NCBI GenBank assembly: GCA_964398205.1
Contig: CAYNLU010000001.1
Coordinates: 417 to 64,416, forward strand
Length of the DNA stretch: 64,000 nt
Origin: an uncultured Candidatus Saccharibacteria bacterium
GTDB taxonomy: Bacteria; Patescibacteriota; Minisyncoccia; Phycocordibacterales; UBA9973
Direction: 5' to 3'
Part shown: positions 9,017 through 18,293 of the stretch, piece after piece
Position numbering within the stretch: position 1 is the first letter of the stretch
How the letters are laid out: the number at the start of each line of letters is the position of its first letter
Notes under the pieces: generated by a model
What the model was told of the DNA's origin: nothing
The model's input: the letters and a program-made list of their open reading frames with translations, nothing else
Databases searched by the model: none
Position numbers and translations under genes: made by a program

Positions 9017-9376
9017 ATGAAGAAAATTTTTCTGATTTTATTTCTGGGGTTGATAGCATTAATTTGCGGTCCCCCACAAAGATTGTTCGCTTCAGCGAAT
9101 AGCAACGCCACAACAGTGGCACAGAAAATATATTTTAAGAATACCATCGCCGGCGCAATTGCCAGCACCATTACAAACCAGGAGCTTTCCTGGACAAAAA
9201 CGGTAGCTGCCGAACAGCCTGCATTGCCTGAATACACGGGCAAAACAAATTATTTTTTAAATAACCGGCAATTTGCCAAAATCCCTGATAGTAAACTTTT
9301 CAAGATCATTTATGATAATAATCTAAAAAACAAACTCATCCTGGGTTTCGGGCAACGCCTCCATCAGGAGGCATAA
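9017..9376 (+). CDS. small secreted hypothetical protein (signal peptide), GC-rich codon usage
   Basis: N-terminal MKKIFLILFLGLIALICG signal-like segment, preceded by a GGAG RBS. Local GC is clearly higher than in neighbouring genes. Confidence 0.45.
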   Translation: MKKIFLILFLGLIALICGPPQRLFASANSNATTVAQKIYFKNTIAGAIASTITNQELSWTKTVAAEQPALPEYTGKTNYFLNNRQFAKIPDSKLFKIIYDNNLKNKLILGFGQRLHQEA

Positions 9377-9486
9377 TCAAAGATGTCACCCCGTGGCATC
9401 CCCCTTAGCTACTCTGTAGCACAAGTCTGTACTGATTAGATCCTTATGGGTCAGATCAAAAAAACATAGTAGCAATACTAAATATT

Positions 9487-9514
9487 GACCCGTCCTCCGG
9501 ATGGGTCTTTTTTA
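9487..9514 (+). terminator. rho-independent terminator (GACCCGUCC...GGAUGGGUC + U-tract)
   Basis: 9-bp stem followed by TTTTTTATT, downstream of the 9017-9376 gene. Confidence 0.6.
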
Positions 9515-9543
9515 TTCCCATTTTTATATGATAAAATTAAATT

Positions 9544-10917
9544 ATGAATAAACCAACTTTAACTGTTTCGGGATATCGCGGGATTTGGGGCGAGAGTTTG
9601 ACTACCGATATTGCTCGCGAATATACTCGCGCTTTTATTAAATACTTGAAAGAATACGTAGGCTTAGAAAGACCGAAGGTTCTAGTAGCTATCGACGGAC
9701 GCGAAAGCGGTAAAGAAATTAAAGAGAATATTATCGAAGAATTTTTAAAATATGGCGTCGATGTAATCAACGGCGAATTACTCCCTACCCCGGTACTAAT
9801 CTGGAGTATTAGAAAATTCAGCTATGACGGCGGAATAATGATAACCGCAAGTCACAACCCTCGCGAATATAACGGACTGAAATTTATAAATAAAAATGCT
9901 TCTTTCTTAAATCAAACTGAGATAAATCAGATAAATTTATATAAAGAGAAAAATGATTTAGAAGTCGCGAGCGTACCCGGAACTTTACTAAATAAAGAGA
10001 TAGAAATTCCAAACTTTGTAGATACTTACGTAGATAATCTGATTGCAAACTTTGATAAAGAATTAATAAGTAGCAAAAGGTTCAAGGTAGTTGCCGATAT
10101 GATAAATGCTTCGGCTTGTGCTATCGATCCGGATTTATTCGCGGAGCTTGGTATCGAACTTGTACCGCTTAATAATATTCCTGACGGAGACTTTGGGCAT
10201 AAACCGGAGCCACTTGCCGAAAACCTAACAAATTTATCAGAATTCGTAAAAGATAATAATGCTGATATTGGTTTTGCTCATGATCCAGATGGAGATAGAC
10301 TAGTCGTCGTTGATGAGCATGGTGAAATAATTTTTGAAGAATATACTTTGGCACTTTGCATAGAAAGCGTTTTGAGTAAAGAAGAAAATCAAGGTCGCGA
10401 TATTGTCGTAAATTTATCAACTTCAAATACTAATCGAGATATTGCAGAGAAATACGGTGGTACAACTTACCTTTCTCCAGTTGGAGAACTAAATGTAGTA
10501 GAAGAAATGAAAAAAAGAAACGCAATTATCGGAGGTGAAGGTAGCGGAGGGGTTATCTACCCTAAGCTCAACTTTGCTCGAGACGGTTTCGTGGCGATAT
10601 TACTCATACTCGATATGCTCGCTCGTGAAAATAAAAAGCTAAGTGAAAAAGTAGCTGAATTACCTAAATACTTTATGCAAAAAATTAAAGGAGAAATCAA
10701 AGAGAACTTTCCTAATAGTCTAGAGCAATTTAAAGAAACTTTTAAAGACGGCAAAATAACTGATACTGACGGATTGCGGTACGATTTCCCAGATAAATCC
10801 TTTATTCATTTTAGACGTTCGAATACAGAGCCAATCTGGCGTTTACTTGCAGAAGCAAAAGACGAAAATAGACTAAAAGAGCTAATAAAACAAGCACAGG
10901 AAATATTAAATGCTTAA
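9544..10917 (+). CDS. alpha-D-phosphohexomutase family protein (phosphoglucosamine mutase / phosphomannomutase-like)
   Basis: Active-site loop TASHNP, and SGYRGIWGE resembles the GxSGxRG motif. The 457-aa, four-domain length fits the family. Confidence 0.8.
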   Translation: MNKPTLTVSGYRGIWGESLTTDIAREYTRAFIKYLKEYVGLERPKVLVAIDGRESGKEIKENIIEEFLKYGVDVINGELLPTPVLIWSIRKFSYDGGIMITASHNPREYNGLKFINKNASFLNQTEINQINLYKEKNDLEVASVPGTLLNKEIEIPNFVDTYVDNLIANFDKELISSKRFKVVADMINASACAIDPDLFAELGIELVPLNNIPDGDFGHKPEPLAENLTNLSEFVKDNNADIGFAHDPDGDRLVVVDEHGEIIFEEYTLALCIESVLSKEENQGRDIVVNLSTSNTNRDIAEKYGGTTYLSPVGELNVVEEMKKRNAIIGGEGSGGVIYPKLNFARDGFVAILLILDMLARENKKLSEKVAELPKYFMQKIKGEIKENFPNSLEQFKETFKDGKITDTDGLRYDFPDKSFIHFRRSNTEPIWRLLAEAKDENRLKELIKQAQEILNA

Positions 10918-10988
10918 AGTATGGATTCAAGGCTTTAAAATTGACTTTTTAACTAAATTAAGCTATTATTCTTAATAGCTAAAATACA

Positions 10989-11492
10989 TTGCGAGAAAGA
11001 ATAAACAACCAAATAAGGGCTAAAGAATTACGAGTTATAGATAATAACAATCAAAATCTCGGAGTTTTGACTTTAGCGGAAGCTTTAAGGATGGCAGAAA
11101 ATTCTGGTTTAGATTTAATTGAAATCTCACCAAATGCATTCCCTCCTGTCGCAAAGATAGCTGATTTTGGCAAACATCAATACGAAGCAAACAAAAAAGC
11201 TAAAAAGGCTAAAGCGAATGCTAGTACTACTGAAACTAAATCAATTCAAGTAAAAGTAGCTACTGGTGATCACGATTTAGAATTAAAAGCAAAAAATGCT
11301 TCAAAGTGGCTCAAAGAGGGTCATCGTATAAAGGTTGAGCTTTTCTTATCGGGAAGATCAAAATTTATGAAAGAAGATTTTTTGAAAGAAAGATTAGATA
11401 GGGTTTTACGTTTAATTACTGAAGAATATAAAATATCTCAACCTATCACGAAAGGTCCGAAAGGTTTCGTAACAACAATAGAAAAGAAATAA
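10989..11492 (+). CDS. infC: translation initiation factor IF-3
   Basis: LRVIDNNNQNLGVLTLAEALRMAENSGLDLIEISPNAFPPVAKIADFGKHQYE. Non-AUG (TTG/ATT) start as usual for infC. First gene of infC-rpmI-rplT. Confidence 0.85.
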   Translation: MRERINNQIRAKELRVIDNNNQNLGVLTLAEALRMAENSGLDLIEISPNAFPPVAKIADFGKHQYEANKKAKKAKANASTTETKSIQVKVATGDHDLELKAKNASKWLKEGHRIKVELFLSGRSKFMKEDFLKERLDRVLRLITEEYKISQPITKGPKGFVTTIEKK

Positions 11493-11518
11493 ATTAATAT
11501 TATTAATAAAAAGCAAAT

Positions 11519-11704
11519 ATGAAAACAAATAAATCATATACAAAAAGATTGAAATTGACGAAAAATGGTAAAGTTATCGCTCGCAAGCCTGGCTTTAATC
11601 ATTTTAATTCAAGACAAACTCGAACAAGTCAATTAGCAGGTCGTAAAGGTATCGCTCTTGTAATCAAGAACAAGCCTAAGAGTCACTTATTACCATTTAA
11701 TTAA
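11519..11704 (+). CDS. rpmI: 50S ribosomal protein L35
   Basis: 61-aa basic protein between infC and rplT. Confidence 0.85.
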   Translation: MKTNKSYTKRLKLTKNGKVIARKPGFNHFNSRQTRTSQLAGRKGIALVIKNKPKSHLLPFN

Positions 11705-11713
11705 TAAAATAAA

Positions 11714-12058
11714 ATGACAAGAGTTAAGAAAGGAGTACATGCCTTAAAAAGAAGAAGAAGTACATTAAAGCAAACTAAAGGTATGCGTCACGGTCGTAGT
11801 ACCAAAGAAAGACAAGCAAAAGACGCTTTATTGCACGCTGGAGCTTATGCTTTCGCTCACCGTAGAGACAAAAAATCAGACAATCGTAAACTTTGGAATG
11901 TGAAGATTAATGCAGGTAGTAGAGAAGAAGGTTTATCATATTCAAAACTTATAAATTCTTTAAAGAAAAATAAGATTGAATTAGATAGAAAAATCTTAGC
12001 TTCCCTAGCAGAAAACAATCCTGAGACTTTCAAAAGAGTACTCGCTAAAGTTAAATAA
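11714..12058 (+). CDS. rplT: 50S ribosomal protein L20
   Basis: MTRVKKGVHALKRRR...HAGAYAFAHRRDKK is a typical L20 N-terminus. Confidence 0.9.
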   Translation: MTRVKKGVHALKRRRSTLKQTKGMRHGRSTKERQAKDALLHAGAYAFAHRRDKKSDNRKLWNVKINAGSREEGLSYSKLINSLKKNKIELDRKILASLAENNPETFKRVLAKVK

Positions 12059-12061
12059 AAT

Positions 12062-12090
12062 AAAATCCGCTAACAGCGGATTTTATTTTT
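12062..12090. terminator. bidirectional intrinsic terminator (AAAAUCCGC-UAACA-GCGGAUUUU)
   Basis: Perfect 9-bp stem with flanking A and U tracts, between convergent rplT and the LOG-like gene. Confidence 0.7.
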
Positions 12091-12680
12091 TATAATTTAA
12101 ATTCATCTATTTTTTCTTTATGAATCATAGAGAAAAGTGCATCCAATAACTTATTGGGATCATCGATCGAAACCACTTTCGCATCAGACTTATGACCCTT
12201 AGAAAGAATTTCTTTTAATTCTTCCCCGGTCTCCCAAGGGCCTTCATAAATTCCGATAGGCTTACCTTCTTCTAGAGCTGTAGTAAAGTTGTGAATAGTT
12301 CCAATACGTCCACAACCGCATATCAGAGCATCAGTAGAACGAACAAGCAAAATATCTCGGCCAGCATAACCGAAACCTGTATAAATAACTAAATCCATAT
12401 AATCAACAGGAAGTTTATAAACTTCTACATGTTCACGCTCACTCGCTGCTGGAGAAAAACCTATTACGAGCCCACCTTCTTCTTTAGCCCCCATAGCCAC
12501 CCACATCGAAAACCCAGTAGAAGCTCCGGTAACAAGCACAGCTCCCCTTTTTGCGATTTGGCGACCAAGTTCTTTTGCTTTATCTAGAGCATCAATACCA
12601 CAATGCCCAGTCTCAGCGGCGCCAGAAACACAAACTTTTACAACCTTATGACCATGTTTAATTAAATTATTTGGATTCAT
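12090..12680 (-). CDS. LOG/SLOG-type Rossmann-fold nucleotide-binding protein (TIGR00725-like)
   Basis: Motifs VCVSGAAETGHCG and VLVTGASTGFSM, 196 aa. Confidence 0.55.
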   Translation of the reverse strand: MNPNNLIKHGHKVVKVCVSGAAETGHCGIDALDKAKELGRQIAKRGAVLVTGASTGFSMWVAMGAKEEGGLVIGFSPAASEREHVEVYKLPVDYMDLVIYTGFGYAGRDILLVRSTDALICGCGRIGTIHNFTTALEEGKPIGIYEGPWETGEELKEILSKGHKSDAKVVSIDDPNKLLDALFSMIHKEKIDEFKL

Positions 12681-12695
12681 ATATAAAAAATTATT

Positions 12696-14081
12696 TTATA
12701 AACTTAATGTTATTACTTCTCCTTGATCAGGAGCATAAGCATCAATACCTAGATTATCTTTTAATTTTTGTACCAAGAAAAGAGAACTTTTAGGTTCACC
12801 CATAACTACAAAAACCTTCTTCAATCTATCTTGACTATCTGATACGAAATTGACTAAGCCATCTGAATCCTTGTGACCCGAATATCCTGAAATCGTAACT
12901 ATATGCGCCCTAACTTCTACATATTCTCCTCCAATTCGAACAGTCTTAACTCCTTCTTGGATCATACGTCCTGGAGTGCCCGCAGACTGATAGCCTGTAA
13001 GCAATATAGTATTGTTTGGATCAGGCAAAAAATGACGCTCATGATAGACAATACGACCTCCAGAGGACATACCACTACCAGCTATGATGACTTTGGGATT
13101 TGGAGCATCGTTAATCTTACGAGATTCATCGGACTTTAGAGTTGAACGTAAGCCAGGAAAATCAAAAATATATTTATCATGAACCATCGCCTTTTTTGCA
13201 TCTTCATTTAAATATTCTTTATTTTGTTTAAAAATCTCAGTCAATTTTATTGCCAAAGGAGAATCGAAAAAAATAGGCATAAAAGGTATACGTTTATTTT
13301 CAACTAATTCATTGAGCTCAAATAATAATTCTTGAGAACGTTCGAGCGAAAAAGTAGGTATAATTAAAGTTCCCTTTCTTTTATAATTATCTTCGATAGC
13401 AGCTTCTAAGAATTTACGTCTTTCTTCGCGTAGTTCGTGATTACGGTCTCCGTATACAGATTCCATTATAATATAATCAATATCAGTGATCTTGTCTGTA
13501 TCTGGTAAAATTGGTGACGGACTGTTACCCAAATCTCCAGTAAATAAAATATTTTTACCATTAGAAGTAAATTTAATCATTGATGAACCTAAAATGTGAC
13601 CAGCATTCAAAAAAGTAAATTCTAAATCATTGGAGATTTTAGTTGTTTCATAATATTTAAATCCTTTCCAGAGACCCATAGCAGTTTTTAAGTTTTCAAC
13701 AGTATAAATTTTGTCTAAATTAAACTCTTCATTTTTAGATAAAATCATAGCAGTATCTTCCATCATAGGATAAGCTAAATCATGAGTAGGAAAAGTAGAA
13801 TAAATCTTACCACGAAAACCTTCTGAGATAAGTTTAGGGATTCGGCCGACGTGATCGATATGTGCGTGAGTTATAAAAAGTATATCAATCTCTTTCGGAT
13901 CATAAGGAAAAGGATCCCAATTAAGATCATCTGCGAGTTTTACACCTTGAGTCAATCCACAATCGATTAAAATTTTATTACCATCAATCTCAAAAAGAAA
14001 GTTCGCTCCGGTGACTGTACCCGTACCTCCAGCAAAAGTTATTTTAGCTATTTTTTTATTTTTATTTTCTACGATTTCCAT
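12696..14081 (-). CDS. MBL-fold metallo-hydrolase, beta-CASP family ribonuclease
   Basis: HAHIDHVGRIPK (HxHxDH) metallo-beta-lactamase motif, FTGDLG, and the beta-CASP C-terminal module. 461 aa. Confidence 0.75.
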   Translation of the reverse strand: MEIVENKNKKIAKITFAGGTGTVTGANFLFEIDGNKILIDCGLTQGVKLADDLNWDPFPYDPKEIDILFITHAHIDHVGRIPKLISEGFRGKIYSTFPTHDLAYPMMEDTAMILSKNEEFNLDKIYTVENLKTAMGLWKGFKYYETTKISNDLEFTFLNAGHILGSSMIKFTSNGKNILFTGDLGNSPSPILPDTDKITDIDYIIMESVYGDRNHELREERRKFLEAAIEDNYKRKGTLIIPTFSLERSQELLFELNELVENKRIPFMPIFFDSPLAIKLTEIFKQNKEYLNEDAKKAMVHDKYIFDFPGLRSTLKSDESRKINDAPNPKVIIAGSGMSSGGRIVYHERHFLPDPNNTILLTGYQSAGTPGRMIQEGVKTVRIGGEYVEVRAHIVTISGYSGHKDSDGLVNFVSDSQDRLKKVFVVMGEPKSSLFLVQKLKDNLGIDAYAPDQGEVITLSL

Positions 14082-14088
14082 ATTTAAA

Positions 14089-14490
14089 TTATAAACTATC
14101 TTCTGTGCTTTTAATAATTCTTTTTAGTCCGAAATAACTAACTAATCCTCCTGTAGTGTCACAAATCAAATCAGAAATAGTATCACTTAGGTTAAAAGCA
14201 TCTTTCGCAAAAGAAGCGTTAACAACTATTTCATATAATTCCCAAATCAATCCTATAGAAAAAACTCCGATCATTATATAAACAAAGTATTTAGTTGGGA
14301 ATTTTGGGAAAACTTTATCATAAAAATACCAAAAGAAAAATAAACCAAGCCAAAATCCCCCCAAGAAATGCATAATCATATCAAAATAACTCAAAGAGGA
14401 ATACAAATATAATTTATTTGCAATAAAATTTAAAATAAATATAAAAATTATAAAAAATGCATTATAGGAAAATAAACTTTTACGATTCAT
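14089..14490 (-). CDS. small hypothetical membrane protein
   Basis: 133 aa with 3-4 hydrophobic helices. Confidence 0.45.
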   Translation of the reverse strand: MNRKSLFSYNAFFIIFIFILNFIANKLYLYSSLSYFDMIMHFLGGFWLGLFFFWYFYDKVFPKFPTKYFVYIMIGVFSIGLIWELYEIVVNASFAKDAFNLSDTISDLICDTTGGLVSYFGLKRIIKSTEDSL

Positions 14491-14776
14491 ATAAATATTA
14501 TACCTTAAATTTTATATAAAAGAAAAATCCGCACCTCGCTTGCGCTTAGTACGGATACTTCTTAGGGCTATCTTTCAATTATTACTGTAGCATTTATACT
14601 ACGTGGGTGATAGACGGATATATCCACGGATATATCTGATCGAATCTCCCATAATTTAGTGTTCTAAGTAATTATTAAAAATAACCCTACTCATATTCTA
14701 ACTAATTTAGAACCCTATGCAAGTGGATTACTAAAAAAACACATCTTTTACTTTGTTTCAAATGTGTTTCCTAAAC

Positions 14777-14803
14777 AAAAATCCCTTTGACAAGGGATTT
14801 TTG
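14777..14803 (-). terminator. intrinsic terminator downstream of ndk (AAAAAUCCCUU-UGAC-AAGGGAUUUUU)
   Basis: Perfect hairpin with flanking U-tract immediately 3' of ndk on the minus strand. Confidence 0.7.
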
Positions 14804-14812
14804 GATATTTTT

Positions 14813-15334
14813 TTATTTTTTATGATGCTTTTTTGTTTGAGTAAACTTTTCATGCACAGTTTCATATTCAAAAAGTTCAGATTCTGAAAACCAGTGTGCT
14901 ACTTCTGCTTTTGCTTCCTCGCTATCACCAGAAGCGTGAATCAAATTTGGAATACCTACTTCTTCTTTATCAGCATAACCAAAACTCATATGAGAATAAT
15001 CACCACGAACAGTACCAGGCAAAGCTGACTTAGGCTCTGTAGTTCCTACCATTTTACGAACGAGTGATACAGCCTCGACACCTTCAAGCACCATAGCTAT
15101 CACAGGGCCACTAGCCATCATATCTAGTGTAATATCGAAGACCTTTTGACCTCTTCGTGAAATAACTTTTCCTATATTTTCATAATGATGAAAAAATTGA
15201 TTATAATCAGGCTTAAGCATTTTTGTTCCTACAATTTTTAACCCAGCTTTTTCAAATCTAGATAGAATTTCCCCTACAATCCCTCTTTGCACTGCATCTG
15301 GCTTAAATATAATAAGTGTTTTTTCTTGTGTCAT
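14813..15334 (-). CDS. ndk: nucleoside diphosphate kinase
   Basis: ERTLIIFKPDAVQRG-like start, NLIHASGDSEEAKAEVAHWF active-site His region, and a C-terminal extension. Confidence 0.9.
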   Translation of the reverse strand: MTQEKTLIIFKPDAVQRGIVGEILSRFEKAGLKIVGTKMLKPDYNQFFHHYENIGKVISRRGQKVFDITLDMMASGPVIAMVLEGVEAVSLVRKMVGTTEPKSALPGTVRGDYSHMSFGYADKEEVGIPNLIHASGDSEEAKAEVAHWFSESELFEYETVHEKFTQTKKHHKK

Positions 15335-15404
15335 AATAATTCTTTTTTAATTAATAATAAATTACAATACAGCTATACTAGCAGATTTTCATAAAAATTC
15401 AAAA

Positions 15405-18167
15405 TTACATACTTTTATACCTCGCCATGATTTCTTCTTCCACTTCATCTCTATCTCTACCGTATCTTAGATACGAGAGTTCTTTCAAGCTATTTACTAT
15501 ATCTGTATTACCTTTTTCTGGAGCCAAAGTTTTAATATTAAATGGCTTAGTCGGCTGACCTTTGACCAGCATAGACATATAAGCATTATAATTATCGAGT
15601 TTAGTAATATCATTTGCCGAAAAAATTGGCTTAAACTTTGCTTCTAAGAAATTAGCATCCTCAGGTGAAACCCGAAATACAGCCATAGAACCTACGTTAC
15701 CGAAAACCGCATTCTTAATCTTTTCATCTAGTTGGGAAATATATTGATGAGCGACGTTTAATGATAAACGATACTTACGAGCCTCAGAAAGAATAGAAGA
15801 GATAGAATCCGTAGTGACATTTTGGAACTCGTCGATATAAAGATAAAAATCATTCATAGGCTTACCAAACATATCAACCCGAGAAAGAGCCGCCATTTGA
15901 ATTTTACCTACAAGAACGAGACCAATAAGGTTAGCATTAATATCCCCTAGTCTACCTTTTGATAAATTCACAAGTAGGATTTTCTTTTCATCCATAATTT
16001 TTCTAAAATTAAAAACTGATTCTTGTTGCAATACTACGGGACGCATAATATCGTTCGAAATAAAGTTGTCGAACTTAGAAGAAATATAAGGAACGAAGTT
16101 TGCTAGAGATTGATCTCCGCTGGTTTCTTCGGCAGATTTCCAGAATTGTTTAATGATAGGATTTTTACAACGAGCAAGTTTATAATCACGAAATTCTTTA
16201 TCAGCCAATACCCGAGTAATCTCGAGCAAAGTTGAACCGGATTCCGGATCTTCCATCACCAAGAAAGCGCTATTTCTAAAATATTGCTCAAACATAGCTC
16301 CTCCACCTATCTTCATATCAAATAGTTTATTAAAAATACCCATAAGTTCGTTCACAACGAAAGTCTTTTGCTCTGGATATTTAGGATCAAATTCGAGCAT
16401 ATTAAGCCCCATAGGTCGTAAAGTATAAGCAGGGTCAAAATAAATCACGTCATCAATACGCTCTTTTGGAATACGAGAAAGTATAGTTTGAATATCTGTA
16501 CCGTGAGGATCAATATAACAAACTCCATCTCCATTTCTAATATCCTGAGTAATCATATTAAGAAGTATGTTAGTTTTACCTGTACCAGTCTGACCGATAA
16601 CATAAAAGTGACGCATACGATCTTCGCGATTCATATGAATCATCATATCCCGACCTCTATAACTATTTACCCCTAATACAATACCTTCATTACCCATCTC
16701 AAGCGGTGCAGGTGCGATACCGGCTTTAGCTTCTTTAAGTTGAGCCATATTAGAAATACCGACTGGAAAATGGAAAATCGTTGCTAACTCTTTTAAATTA
16801 AGAGGCATAATCTTATCATGAGAAAAAATACGATAAGAAAAATCATGAAAAAGTCTCTTAAGGTGACTACCATTATATTTTTCAAAAATTATAGAATTAC
16901 TTGCAGGTTCTTCGAATTGATTAAAAACTGATTCCATCTCTGTTAAAATCGCATCAGCGCGCTCTTTAGTTTCAGCTGAAGTAATAATACGAATATTCGC
17001 TTTCATGATTGAGCTTTTTAACTTATTAGTTATTTTTTCTGTGGCATTCGTATCAACAGCTCGACGGCCTTTCATATATTTTTCTTTGTTTTCTGGCGCT
17101 TTATCATAAATACCAAAAAGCATTTCTTTACCTGCTTTTATAAAAGCTGAAGAAAATTTATAGAAATTATCATTTGCATTTTTAATAGACATACCGTCTT
17201 TAACATCGTCGAGAATCATATGAAATTCATTTATGAACTTATCGCCAGCTGGAGCAATCAGCATCTGAATAGCCGCGCCTTCACCTTCGGTTTTAAGTTT
17301 AGAAAATACATTCAAAATATTTTTCATCGGATCGTGATCTATATTTTCATAAGTCCGAATAGGCAAAACTGCTCTTTGAGCTAAATAAGCATAAGCTCCC
17401 GCAGAATGACCTTGTTCATTAAAAATATTAAAATCATCATCTACTGATTTAATTTTTGCGTCATTATAAAAAGCTAGAATTTGCTTTTCAAATAAAGTTA
17501 AATGCTTATTAGGGATACCTGCATAAATCACAACTTGGTCCGTCTTGCTATCAAGTGCTATTTCTAAAGTAAAATAATCTTCATTAATATTTCTTCTATC
17601 TAAAGATATAGATTGCATTCCGGCGTAAAATTGCTCCATAGCTCCTATGAAATCTTTGAAGCTTTTATTTTTATCAGCTTCATCTTTAGGTGCAGGTAGA
17701 GTAATTTCAAAGAGAGTCATGTGTAAAGATTTAAAAATAGCACTACCCTCTTTAAGGTCTCGAATAAGTTGACCGGTCTTTAAATATTGAACTAAAATCC
17801 GATGAAAATCATCATCAATATGAGGATTATTCATAGCTTCTACTATTTCTAAAGTATTTTTTATACCTTTAGTTAAAACAAAGCCGAGCAACTCCTCCAT
17901 AACAGTATCGTGCATTTCAGGTTTCAATTTTAATACGATAGCTTCGTTTTCTTTATTTGATAGTTGATTATCTTTATGAATTACGTCTTCGATAGAAGTA
18001 TTTTTATAAGACGAAATAGTATCTAAAACAGCATTCTCTGTAGCGTTCTCAAAATGACCGAGTTTTTGTAATTCTTGCTCTTTTTTTTCTACTTGAGCAC
18101 GCAAAAAATTTAACTCTTCTTCTGGAGTTTTAAATTTAGAAATATTGCTAAAGATATTTCCTTCCAT
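15405..18167 (-). CDS. VirD4/TraD/TraG-like type IV coupling-protein family ATPase with an uncharacterised 500-aa N-terminal region
   Basis: C-terminal half has Walker A YVIGQTGTGKTN, IDPHG, Walker B LYIDEFQN and the AHQ motif of TrwB/TraD-type ATPases. The N-terminal half is unassigned. Confidence 0.65.
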   Translation of the reverse strand: MEGNIFSNISKFKTPEEELNFLRAQVEKKEQELQKLGHFENATENAVLDTISSYKNTSIEDVIHKDNQLSNKENEAIVLKLKPEMHDTVMEELLGFVLTKGIKNTLEIVEAMNNPHIDDDFHRILVQYLKTGQLIRDLKEGSAIFKSLHMTLFEITLPAPKDEADKNKSFKDFIGAMEQFYAGMQSISLDRRNINEDYFTLEIALDSKTDQVVIYAGIPNKHLTLFEKQILAFYNDAKIKSVDDDFNIFNEQGHSAGAYAYLAQRAVLPIRTYENIDHDPMKNILNVFSKLKTEGEGAAIQMLIAPAGDKFINEFHMILDDVKDGMSIKNANDNFYKFSSAFIKAGKEMLFGIYDKAPENKEKYMKGRRAVDTNATEKITNKLKSSIMKANIRIITSAETKERADAILTEMESVFNQFEEPASNSIIFEKYNGSHLKRLFHDFSYRIFSHDKIMPLNLKELATIFHFPVGISNMAQLKEAKAGIAPAPLEMGNEGIVLGVNSYRGRDMMIHMNREDRMRHFYVIGQTGTGKTNILLNMITQDIRNGDGVCYIDPHGTDIQTILSRIPKERIDDVIYFDPAYTLRPMGLNMLEFDPKYPEQKTFVVNELMGIFNKLFDMKIGGGAMFEQYFRNSAFLVMEDPESGSTLLEITRVLADKEFRDYKLARCKNPIIKQFWKSAEETSGDQSLANFVPYISSKFDNFISNDIMRPVVLQQESVFNFRKIMDEKKILLVNLSKGRLGDINANLIGLVLVGKIQMAALSRVDMFGKPMNDFYLYIDEFQNVTTDSISSILSEARKYRLSLNVAHQYISQLDEKIKNAVFGNVGSMAVFRVSPEDANFLEAKFKPIFSANDITKLDNYNAYMSMLVKGQPTKPFNIKTLAPEKGNTDIVNSLKELSYLRYGRDRDEVEEEIMARYKSM

Positions 18168-18193
18168 ATTTTAATTATAGCAAGAAAAAACAA

Positions 18194-18293
18194 AAAACAA
18201 AGATAATATTTAGAGGCTTGCGAGCGCGGCGGCGTGAGCACGAGGAATTTTTCAGTAGAAAAATATCCGTACTCTAAATATTATCTTTGTTTT
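18194..18293. repeat. 22-bp perfect inverted repeat (AAAACAAAGATAATATTTAGAG) enclosing a 56-nt GC-rich core; likely a compound bidirectional terminator downstream of map
   Basis: Arms at 18194-18215 and 18272-18293 are exact reverse complements. The core GCTTGCGAGCGCGGCGGCGTGAGCACGAGG... is far more GC-rich than its surroundings. T-tracts lie on both sides. Confidence 0.6.

Noticed and set aside
9001-9243. 80-aa minus-strand ORF overlapping the 9017-9376 gene
   Set aside because: It is antisense to an ORF that has a strong RBS and a signal peptide. It is spurious.
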